Positions 7,597 through 15,359 of a stretch of 27,460 nt of DNA are shown here, one piece after another. This stretch comes from a virus (lineage: Duplodnaviria; Caudoviricetes): IMG/VR virus record IMGVR_UViG_3300028767_000080, positions 1 through 27,460 of that record, one strand, 5' to 3'. Under the pieces are notes generated by a model. The model did no database searches. It was given only the letters and a program-made list of their open reading frames with translations, and was not told the origin of the DNA. Each line of letters starts with the position of its first letter. Within the stretch, counting starts at the first letter, position 1. The translations under genes were made by a program, and so were the position numbers.

Positions 7597-8592
7597 ATGG
7601 ATTTGAAATATGAAGATTTAGATTATTGGGCACTAAGGAAGCTGATTGCCCGGGTTGTACCCCGCATCACTCAACTGGTATCCTCCAGACGTAAAGCACA
7701 TGCTGTGCAGGAAAAGGGCAGGAAAAAGAATTATAGTCAATTCAATCTCCGTCACAATGAATGGCGTAAACAGGAAAGGTTATTGAATACAGAGGAAATT
7801 AACAGCTTCCTTGAAATATCCATCCGGGCTGCTGCCTGTCCTATGCCTTTTAACATGGATGTGTGGGATGGGCTTGTTTGTATTGCTAAAGGGCAACGAA
7901 TAACAACAAATAAAGGAAAAATTCCAATTGAAGAAGTTATTGTTGGAGATATTGTTTTGTCGTATAATGAAGCTACAAAAGAAACGGAATGGAAGGAGGT
8001 TTTAAAAACAACCAAATCAATAAAAGAAGATATTATTGAAATGGGGACTTCTTTGGGTTTATTGAGATTGACCCCTGATCACAATATTTTTACCCAACGG
8101 GGATGGATTGAAGCTGCTTATGTGGATATTTATGATACCATTTATACATATGAAGAAGGGATAAAAGGAATTATTGGCGTTCCTGTGGATACTTATTATT
8201 ATTTGGATGAGGAGCCAACAGAGGTGTACGATGTAACCGTACAAGATAATCCAAACTTCTTTGCTGAAGGGATGCTGGTTCATAATTGTCCTTTTGCCTG
8301 CATTTATTGCTTTCCTTCCGATACTAAAATCATGATGGTTGACGGTACGGAGAAAGTGATTGAAAGAATATTGGTTGGGGATAGGGTAATATCTTTTAAT
8401 GAGACAACAAAACAACTTGAACCCGCTGTTGTAACTCAGCCAATGAAACGACATTATAATAAAGAATTGATCTGTATAGAAACAGAGGATGGGAAAGTGC
8501 TAAAAATGACACCAGAACATCCGATATATACACAAAGAGGGTGGATTGAAGCAAAAGGGTTAACAGAGAAAGATGAGGTGTTGATATGGTAA
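7597..8592 (+). CDS. Radical SAM paralog 2, N-terminal part: extein, mini-intein, CPFACIY, then the N-fragment of a split intein
   Basis: CPMPFNMD matches CPLPLTLE of paralog 1; two Hint N-termini (CIAKG, CFPSD), TPDH/TPEH block B motifs and a VHN/C junction. Confidence 0.88.
   Translation: MDLKYEDLDYWALRKLIARVVPRITQLVSSRRKAHAVQEKGRKKNYSQFNLRHNEWRKQERLLNTEEINSFLEISIRAAACPMPFNMDVWDGLVCIAKGQRITTNKGKIPIEEVIVGDIVLSYNEATKETEWKEVLKTTKSIKEDIIEMGTSLGLLRLTPDHNIFTQRGWIEAAYVDIYDTIYTYEEGIKGIIGVPVDTYYYLDEEPTEVYDVTVQDNPNFFAEGMLVHNCPFACIYCFPSDTKIMMVDGTEKVIERILVGDRVISFNETTKQLEPAVVTQPMKRHYNKELICIETEDGKVLKMTPEHPIYTQRGWIEAKGLTEKDEVLIW
7879..8286 (+). mobile_element. Mini-intein (136 aa, no endonuclease) in radical SAM paralog 2
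   Basis: Starts CIAKG, block B LTPDH, ends VYDVTV...NFFAEGMLVHN with Cys at +1. Confidence 0.92.
8308..8589 (+). mobile_element. Split intein N-fragment (94 aa)
   Basis: CFPSDTKI...MTPEHPIYTQRGWIEAKGLTEKDEVLIW then stop, at the usual end of the N-terminal splicing region. Confidence 0.85.
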
Positions 8593-9305
8593 CTTGTAAC
8601 TATTGTGGTAAAAAGTTTGTCTGTATAACTAATACTCATTTGAAACGGCATAATCTTAACCGGGAAGTGTATTTGAAACTTTACCCTGATTCAGAATTAA
8701 CAAGTAAAGAACACAGAGAACACCAACACGATGCTTTAATGGGTAAGAACGTTGGAAATGTACGAAAGGATGCCCGAAAGAGAATGAATTCAAATAATCC
8801 AATGAAAGATCAAAAAATTGCTACTAAAATGGGTAATGTAAGGAAAGTTAAAATAGCAACAGGAGAAATTGACGTCATGAGTAATTTCAATCATTTACCT
8901 ACCAATCATGAAAAACATTTAATTTATTGGTTTGCTGAATGGGGTATTCCTTTACAGTACGTGGGGGATGGAAAAGTAATGATTGGGGGGCTTTGTCCTG
9001 ATTTTATTAATGAGGATTTGAAAATCATTCTTGAATTGAATCTCAATTTTACTTCCCAGCCAAGGAATGAAATGAATGAAAAAGAAAGGATTTACAATTC
9101 ATTAGGCTACAAAGTAATTTGGGTTACTAAAATGTTAAAATCTTATGTGAAATCATGGGTGTGTCCTTTTTTCAACGGAGGCTTAAAATCAAAACGTATT
9201 ATCAAGATTTGGAAAGAGAATAACAATAAAGGCAGGAAACAGGTTTACAACATGGAAGTAACTCCAAACAACACCTATGTAGCGAATGGAATTGTTGTCC
9301 ATAAT
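8586..9305 (+). mobile_element. Split intein C-fragment carrying an N-terminal homing-endonuclease-like domain
   Basis: CxxC...HLKRH finger, PTNHE...CPDF...IILE...GYKVIWV (Vsr/DUF559-like), then blocks F/G at about 9183-9305 ending HN. Confidence 0.8.
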
Positions 9306-10433
9306 TGCTTTGCAAATGCTTTCCGGGCTTCTCTATACACCGCATTCTTCGATAATAGTAAAACGATGGGATTTCGCCACTGCAATCCAACCTACTACAA
9401 ACAGGAAATGGATAAAATGGATAAGTACCGGGGAATGGGTGAAGCTGAAAAGAAAAAACTATCTGGAATCAATAAAGCTTATGCATATGATATGCCTTTG
9501 CGTTTGGGTATCCGGTTTGAGGATTTCCTGAAAGATGAGGGCAAAGAAAAGGTATCACTGGAAATGTTACAATACTTGAAAAAAATAGAGTACCCGGTGA
9601 TGATTAATAGCAAATCAGGATTGCCCAGTGAAGGAAAGTACTTGGAAGCATTGGCTGGAAATAAAGCCAAAGCAGCTATTCATATCACCCTGATCAGTAA
9701 CAATGATGAAATATTAAGTAAGCTTGAGCCCGGTGCTCCTCCTTATGCTGAAAGATTGAAAGCTTTAAAAGTTCTGAGTAAAGCCGGGATCAGGGTTGTT
9801 GCCCGCATTGAACCTTATCTTTTCCTGCTGAATGATGAGAAGGAGGATACAGAACGATATATTGAAGAAGTTTGGGATGCAGGTGTAAGAAATATCACTT
9901 TTGATACTTATTCCTATACTGCCCAAAATCAGGGTATCCGTCAAAGTTTCATAAACAAAGGATTTGATTATGACCGTTTGTTTACAGCCGGGTGTGATAG
10001 TCAACCACTGGGAAGCCTATTGTTGGGTAAATTCATGGAATTGTTCCGGGCTAAAGGATTCAGTTGTAGTACCTTTGATATGGGTAATGTACACACCAAT
10101 GATGATGCTATTTGTTGTGAGGTTGGGGATTGGTTTGAGGGAGGCTTCAATTATGGCAGTACTGTTATGGCAGCCCGTTTCATTAAAGACCGGGGAAAGC
10201 TTTTCACCACTTGGAGTGATTATGAAAGCTGGGTTGAAGATCATGGGGGCTTCCTGACTGAAGAGATACGAATGGATGTAAAACACTTGTGGAACTTGGA
10301 AGGGAATTTTGCATACAGCCATAAATGGGCTGTGGGCTTGGTTCCAGTAGGAAGGAATGAAGATGGCCTTGTGTGGGCTATTGATACAACAGTGGGGGAT
10401 TATCGTATGGACTTATTAAATTCAATTATATGA
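8586..10433 (+). CDS. Radical SAM paralog 2, C-terminal part: Zn finger/Vsr-like endonuclease, intein C-fragment, then a 375-aa C-extein
   Basis: VYNMEVTPNNTYVANGIVVHN/CFANAF junction at 9305/9306; the extein has SKLEPGAP, RLKALKVL, VARIEP and ICCE, which are SPL-like features. Confidence 0.88.
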   Translation: MVTCNYCGKKFVCITNTHLKRHNLNREVYLKLYPDSELTSKEHREHQHDALMGKNVGNVRKDARKRMNSNNPMKDQKIATKMGNVRKVKIATGEIDVMSNFNHLPTNHEKHLIYWFAEWGIPLQYVGDGKVMIGGLCPDFINEDLKIILELNLNFTSQPRNEMNEKERIYNSLGYKVIWVTKMLKSYVKSWVCPFFNGGLKSKRIIKIWKENNNKGRKQVYNMEVTPNNTYVANGIVVHNCFANAFRASLYTAFFDNSKTMGFRHCNPTYYKQEMDKMDKYRGMGEAEKKKLSGINKAYAYDMPLRLGIRFEDFLKDEGKEKVSLEMLQYLKKIEYPVMINSKSGLPSEGKYLEALAGNKAKAAIHITLISNNDEILSKLEPGAPPYAERLKALKVLSKAGIRVVARIEPYLFLLNDEKEDTERYIEEVWDAGVRNITFDTYSYTAQNQGIRQSFINKGFDYDRLFTAGCDSQPLGSLLLGKFMELFRAKGFSCSTFDMGNVHTNDDAICCEVGDWFEGGFNYGSTVMAARFIKDRGKLFTTWSDYESWVEDHGGFLTEEIRMDVKHLWNLEGNFAYSHKWAVGLVPVGRNEDGLVWAIDTTVGDYRMDLLNSII

Positions 10434-11209
10434 CAACAAAAATTTCAGATTTAGTTGAAGGCATATTTGCGAATGCAGTAGCCTTGGACCAAAATGGAGG
10501 TCTTAAAAATACCATTTACGCAATCGGCAGTGAAGTGTTCATAATGAATTATGATCATACTGTTTTGCTGCGCTTTCGGTTAAGAAGGTCAGAAGCAAGT
10601 TTTGATAGCCCTATCAGCTTCAAGGCAAATGATTATGACAGTAATGAGTTTGAGCAGAAAGATGGCAGGGTGATCTTTTATTCTGGTAACAAGGGATACA
10701 TCAAGAAAAAGACCTGCGGAACAACAGACCTGACCCCGGAAGAGGTAAAAGATTTGTTTGAAGGTTATATGGAGTTATCTGAGGAAACCCTTACAGCCAC
10801 TTTATCCAAAGACATATTGGAATTAATGGATGATAGCCTGTCTCACATAGAATTTACAGGTATAACTGGAAAAGGTGTTAAATTGACCCAAAGGAACATT
10901 TACAGTGGGGGAGTGATTGAGGTGGAAAAGAAGTCAGACGGCTTTTTCAAAGATGAACTTGAATCTGACTTTGGCCCAATCGGTATCAAGACCAGTGACT
11001 TCCAAGCACTGTTTACTTTTCAGAACCAATTGAAATTCTCTTTCCCCGGTTCTATGGATGAAAACAACTTTATTGTTGTGAAGTCTATTGAAAGTAAAAG
11101 GGATATGGTAGGCATAATTGCTTCCTGTTTGTATGATGAGATCATTAAAATCAAGGAAGTAAAACGTTCAGAATCAAAGAAAGCTAAACCAATGTTAAAA
11201 CGTAAATAA
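10430..11209 (+). CDS. Possible PCNA/gp45-like sliding-clamp-fold protein
   Basis: 259 aa; FIMNYDHTVLLRFRLRRSEASF resembles the PCNA strand pattern (AMDSSHVALVSL.LRSEGF); two-domain size. Confidence 0.45.
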   Translation: MTTKISDLVEGIFANAVALDQNGGLKNTIYAIGSEVFIMNYDHTVLLRFRLRRSEASFDSPISFKANDYDSNEFEQKDGRVIFYSGNKGYIKKKTCGTTDLTPEEVKDLFEGYMELSEETLTATLSKDILELMDDSLSHIEFTGITGKGVKLTQRNIYSGGVIEVEKKSDGFFKDELESDFGPIGIKTSDFQALFTFQNQLKFSFPGSMDENNFIVVKSIESKRDMVGIIASCLYDEIIKIKEVKRSESKKAKPMLKRK

Positions 11210-11211
11210 TC

Positions 11212-11346
11212 ATGGGTGGAAAAAGCAGGAAAAGTGGTGGAATTTCAAGGAAATTGATTGCCCAAATTAAAGCCGGGAATGGTACCAAATGTAATGGAAC
11301 GAAAAAACCCGTTAAAGATGAAACAGCAAAACCTTTGTTTGATTAG
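11212..11346 (+). CDS. Unannotated 44-aa Gly/Lys-rich basic peptide
   Basis: MGGKSRKSGGISRKLIAQIKAGNGTKCNGTKKPVKDETAKPLFD; ATG 2 nt after the upstream stop, in the taatcATG context used by other genes; below the ORF-track cut-off. Confidence 0.7.
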   Translation: MGGKSRKSGGISRKLIAQIKAGNGTKCNGTKKPVKDETAKPLFD

Positions 11347-12118
11347 GGAGTATCTGAAAAGGGCTGAACAATTAAGAATACAACCCAACTTCTTCATGTC
11401 TGAAGCTTATCTGATATTAATGGATGTGGAAGGAGTTAAAAATGATTTTTGGATTTGGATTGCCACTGAGGATGGTTGTTTACTTCCTCCGTTACCCCTA
11501 TACGGCAAAGAATCCCTTTGGTTTCCAAATATTACGGATATATGGGCTTGTTTTCCAGTAAATAATGAAGGTTATAAATTAATGGCAGGAAAACAAGAGT
11601 TTCTGGATTATCAATATATCTTTGATCCAAAAGCTTTCCAATCTATGGTTGGAGGTAAATGGGAAACCTTTAGAAAGAATTGCCGGAAGGTATTGAAAAA
11701 TGATCCTGAGGTTCAATATTTATCTGAACCTTTAGATGAATCAGAAGTCCCTATGTTTATAGGAAACTGGTTGGAAAGAAAGGAAGAAACTGTTGAAGAT
11801 GGTTTGTTTTTAGCTGATTTCGCTTTCTTATCTAACAATGAACATATAGGCAGGAAATTCCTGTATTTGGATGGTAAATTAGCTGCGATAAATGCTTGGG
11901 ATAGTAATTACATGTACATCAATTATCGTGTCTGTATGTGTGATGAAACTGTGCCATATATCAGTGAATTTGCCCGGTTTAAATTCTACCAGCAATGGTG
12001 GTATTCAAATGTATTAGTGAATGATGGGGGTTGCTTGGGTTTAGCCTCCTTGGAAAAATTCAAAGATAAAATGAACCCAATTGAAAAAATTCCAATTTAC
12101 ACTTTAAACCTAAAATAA
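11318..12118 (+). CDS. DUF2156 / LPG-synthase C-terminal-like GNAT (aminoacyl)transferase
   Basis: DYQYIFD...MVGGKWETFRKN, LDGKLAA, VNDGGCLGLASLEKFKDKMNP; start moved from TTG 11258 to ATG 11318. Confidence 0.65.
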   Translation: MKQQNLCLIREYLKRAEQLRIQPNFFMSEAYLILMDVEGVKNDFWIWIATEDGCLLPPLPLYGKESLWFPNITDIWACFPVNNEGYKLMAGKQEFLDYQYIFDPKAFQSMVGGKWETFRKNCRKVLKNDPEVQYLSEPLDESEVPMFIGNWLERKEETVEDGLFLADFAFLSNNEHIGRKFLYLDGKLAAINAWDSNYMYINYRVCMCDETVPYISEFARFKFYQQWWYSNVLVNDGGCLGLASLEKFKDKMNPIEKIPIYTLNLK

Positions 12119-12119
12119 T

Positions 12120-12383
12120 ATGGAAACAATTTACAAGTATCCTTTATACATTCAGGATGTACAAACATTACAGCTTCCTAAAGGGGCTGAAATACTTTGC
12201 GTACAAACTCAAATGCAGATGCCTTATTTATGGGCAATAGTTGATCCAGAGGTTAAAGAAAAGGAAGATGTTGTTGTAAGAACAATTGGAACCAGTCACG
12301 AATTTAGAGACGGGGCTGAACTGTTGTATGTAGGAACATATCAACTACCTTCTTTAGTTTTTCACGTATTTATAAAACAATAA
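12120..12383 (+). CDS. Conserved small phage protein of unknown function
   Basis: IYKYPL...LPKGAEILCVQTQ...LWAIVDP...IGT.H...YVGT pattern, common in phages. Confidence 0.8.
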   Translation: METIYKYPLYIQDVQTLQLPKGAEILCVQTQMQMPYLWAIVDPEVKEKEDVVVRTIGTSHEFRDGAELLYVGTYQLPSLVFHVFIKQ

Positions 12384-12388
12384 TAATC

Positions 12389-13387
12389 ATGAAAAAAGCA
12401 GATTTACAAAAAGCTCTTGAGATAGCCAAACCGGGGCTGAGTAACAAAGAACAGCAGATTGAACAAACCAATCATTTTGCTTTCATTGCAGGTCGTGTCG
12501 TAACGTATAACGATGAAATCAGTGTATCCCATCCGGTTGAAGGATTGGAGATTGAAGGGGCTGTAAAAGCCGATGTATTGTATTCAATCATCAGTAAGAT
12601 CAAGGCTGAAGATATTGATTTATCAGTTAACGAAAGTGAAGTGGTGATTAAGTCAGGTAAAATGACAGCCAGTATTGCCCTTCAACATGAAGTATCCCTG
12701 CCTTTGGAGGAGGTTTCTGATATGGGTAAATTCAAAAAGATACCAGACAATCTCATAACCTTATTACATCTGGCTGCCGGGGCTTGCCCCAGTGGTATGG
12801 ATAGACCTGTATTGACCTGTGTAAATGTTATGGATAACGTTGTACAGGCTTCTGATGGATTTAAGATCATTGAAGGTACTTTGAGTTCAAAACTTCCGGT
12901 TGAAAGCTTTCTTATCCCTGCACCTGCAGCTATGAAAGTTTGTACCATGAATCCCAATCGGATCAGTGTGACTGAAAGTTGGGTTCATTTCAAGAATAGT
13001 GAAGGAACTACAATCAGTTGCCGTACATTTGAAGACACTTATCCTGCGATTTCCCACATTCTTTCGGTTAAAGGGGATAAAGTTACATTACCAACCGTGA
13101 TGCCTGAGATATTGGAACGTGCGTGGGTATTTGCTGTCCGGGAAAGTGCTTCATTAGAGGTACTGAATGTTATTTTGACTAAAAAGAAAATCACTGTAAA
13201 AAGTCAAAGTGATTATGGTAAATTTGAAGAATCTGCTATTATTAAGTTTGATGGGGCAGAATCAGAATTTTCCATTAGCCCTTACCTCCTAAAAGGTATC
13301 CTGAAACAAACGCTGGAATGTATTATCGGTTCAGATCGTTTGAAATTTGAAGGTTCTGATTGGGTTTGTATAACAGCTTTGAAATAA
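12389..13387 (+). CDS. dnaN: DNA polymerase III beta-like sliding clamp
   Basis: 332 aa; RPVLTCV, ASDGFKI, FLIP, YPAI and ISPYLL motifs typical of beta clamps. Confidence 0.85.
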   Translation: MKKADLQKALEIAKPGLSNKEQQIEQTNHFAFIAGRVVTYNDEISVSHPVEGLEIEGAVKADVLYSIISKIKAEDIDLSVNESEVVIKSGKMTASIALQHEVSLPLEEVSDMGKFKKIPDNLITLLHLAAGACPSGMDRPVLTCVNVMDNVVQASDGFKIIEGTLSSKLPVESFLIPAPAAMKVCTMNPNRISVTESWVHFKNSEGTTISCRTFEDTYPAISHILSVKGDKVTLPTVMPEILERAWVFAVRESASLEVLNVILTKKKITVKSQSDYGKFEESAIIKFDGAESEFSISPYLLKGILKQTLECIIGSDRLKFEGSDWVCITALK

Positions 13388-14136
13388 TGTTACGAAGACA
13401 AGGAACAAAGGATGGGATTAATGCTAAAATCAGGGTTTATTTCCCATCTCATACTTCTTATGTTGAGCCCTTCTTTGGAGCTGGGGGTATGTTTTTTAAT
13501 AAACCTTTAGTCAAGTATAATTGCGTTAATGATAACGATTCAGAAGTCTTTAACCTGTTTCAAGTTATTCAAAATCATTTAGAGGAATTTAAACAACAAT
13601 TTGAAGATACCCCTATTAATGAAGATTTGCTGAGGCATTGGAAGGAAAACAAAGAAATAGAACCAATAATGAAAGCTGTACGTTTTGTTTTCTTGTCAAA
13701 TTATACTTTATTTGGGAAAATGGGAACGTTGAACAGTTCTGTAAATAGTAATCACAAAAGCTTATATTTAGTTGATTTAAAACATATTCAATCCCATATT
13801 AAAAATACCCATTTCTTTAATCATGATTTTCGTGACTTTTTGAGAATAATTGCGATTGAAGAATGTTCAACCTTCATTTATGCTGACCCTCCTTATATTA
13901 CAACGAATGCTAATTACACTGGATTCACTGAACAAGACAGCTTGGATTTATTTGATAGCCTTGAAGCTAAAAAATGTAAATGGGCTATGAGTGAATTTGA
14001 TAATCCTTTTATATTGAATCAAGCCAAAGACCGGGGGCTGAATGTTATCATTATCGGTGAACGTAGAAACATCAACAATCGCAGAACTGAAATTTTAGTT
14101 ACCAATTACAAAACACCAAACAAGAGCTTAATATGA
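13387..14136 (+). CDS. dam: Dam-like (D12 class) N6-adenine DNA methyltransferase
   Basis: YVEPFFGAG motif I, DPPY motif IV, EILVTNY; start at ATG 13387 overlapping the clamp stop. Sequence specificity unknown. Confidence 0.9.
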   Translation: MLRRQGTKDGINAKIRVYFPSHTSYVEPFFGAGGMFFNKPLVKYNCVNDNDSEVFNLFQVIQNHLEEFKQQFEDTPINEDLLRHWKENKEIEPIMKAVRFVFLSNYTLFGKMGTLNSSVNSNHKSLYLVDLKHIQSHIKNTHFFNHDFRDFLRIIAIEECSTFIYADPPYITTNANYTGFTEQDSLDLFDSLEAKKCKWAMSEFDNPFILNQAKDRGLNVIIIGERRNINNRRTEILVTNYKTPNKSLI

Positions 14137-15356
14137 ACGAAGGTTTTTTCACAAAGAAGGAAACTGAAAGTGTCAGCAGACCGGATGGTAGACCCCGCAC
14201 ATGTATAAGCTGTGGAATTTACCGGACAAGCAAAAACCCCAAGATGAAACCTTTCGGAAATTTCAAAAAAGGAATCATGAATATTGGGGCTTGTCCTGAG
14301 GAGGTGGATGACTCCTGCGGAAAACCTTTCCATGGTAGGGATGGAAAAACAATAAAGACAGCTTACCACAGGATGGGTATAGACTTATTTGAGGACTGCA
14401 TCAACCTGAATGCTGTAAATTGTTTTTGCTCTACCCAAGAAGGGGAACGCAGGGAACCAACCCCAAATGAGGTAGAAACCTGCCGCAAATCTATTTTAGC
14501 CTATATTAAGCAATACAAGCCACGAATCATCGTACTATTTGGTGAATCTGCTTTACTTAGTGTTATAGGTCATAGATGGAAGGAAGGGGCAGAATCCATG
14601 GAAAAGTGGCGTGGTTTCTGTATCCCTGATCAAGAGTACAAAGCATGGTTGATCCCGGTCTTTGATCCCAACTTCCTGAATCCCAAAAAACCTGAAATTG
14701 AAACTATCTGGATTCAGGATTTATCACAGGTAAAAGAAAAGTTGAATGAAGAGTTCCCTAACCACGTTGACCCGGTTATTGATATTGTTGACGATTTTAG
14801 CATGTTTGATGATATCGTTCATGGTACTATTGCTTTTGATTATGAAACTACAGGATTGAAACCTCACGCTGAAGGGCATCGTATTATTTGTGTTTCAGTG
14901 GCTGATAGTGAAGATCATGTTTGGGTAGGTAGAATGCCGGAAAGCAGATCAGGAAAACAACCGTTCAAAAGGCTTCTACAATCCAATGCCATATTGAAGA
15001 TGGCCCACAATATGAAATTTGAGGATACTTGGACAAATGTAGCTTTAAAGTTTCCTATAAATCATTGGTGGTGGGATAGTATGCAAGCTGCCCATGTGTT
15101 AGATAACAGGGAGGGGATAACAGGATTGAAATTTCAGACTTATGTGAATTTTGGGGTATCTGATTACAGCACTGAGGTCAGCCCCTACCTGAAAGCCAAA
15201 GATGATAAAAATGCAAATTCAATTAATCGGATTGAGGAGCTTTTGAAGTTTCCGGGAGGGGAACATAAATTGCTAACTTATTGCGGTCTGGATAGTATCT
15301 ATGAATTCAGGCTGGCTATGAAACAACAATCTATTATGAATTATTTACCTTTTTAA
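14133..15356 (+). CDS. Family 4 UDG-like domain fused to a 3'-5' exonuclease (N-terminal part of a split family A polymerase)
   Basis: CISC, GKPFHG.DG, NAVNC, PTPNEVETC (Fe-S UDG fold); ExoI FDYETTGL, ExoII HNMKFE, ExoIII YCGLDS. Confidence 0.88.
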   Translation: MNEGFFTKKETESVSRPDGRPRTCISCGIYRTSKNPKMKPFGNFKKGIMNIGACPEEVDDSCGKPFHGRDGKTIKTAYHRMGIDLFEDCINLNAVNCFCSTQEGERREPTPNEVETCRKSILAYIKQYKPRIIVLFGESALLSVIGHRWKEGAESMEKWRGFCIPDQEYKAWLIPVFDPNFLNPKKPEIETIWIQDLSQVKEKLNEEFPNHVDPVIDIVDDFSMFDDIVHGTIAFDYETTGLKPHAEGHRIICVSVADSEDHVWVGRMPESRSGKQPFKRLLQSNAILKMAHNMKFEDTWTNVALKFPINHWWWDSMQAAHVLDNREGITGLKFQTYVNFGVSDYSTEVSPYLKAKDDKNANSINRIEELLKFPGGEHKLLTYCGLDSIYEFRLAMKQQSIMNYLPF

Positions 15357-15359
15357 ATT

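Noticed and set aside
7879-7892. Identical 14-nt start (CIAKG) of the radical SAM mini-intein and the PolA intein as evidence of recent transfer
   Set aside because: Block A is conserved in inteins generally and the rest of the two sequences diverges.
8574-8592. Programmed -1 frameshift joining the two radical SAM ORFs
   Set aside because: No slippery heptamer in the short open window after TGA 8574; an ATG with an SD-like sequence explains the second ORF better. A sequencing error cannot be excluded without reads.
4803-10433. 7-deazaguanine (QueE) or anaerobic RNR activase assignment for the radical SAM genes
   Set aside because: Length and motifs are SPL-like, and no QueC/QueD/FolE/DpdA or NrdD is in the window.
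11258-11317. ORF-track starts at 11258 (also 614, 3306, 13360, 24081, 25442)
   Set aside because: Downstream ATGs coupled to upstream stops or shared leaders fit better.
13387-14136. Restriction-modification system
   Set aside because: Orphan methyltransferase with no adjacent restriction endonuclease; ordinary for phages.
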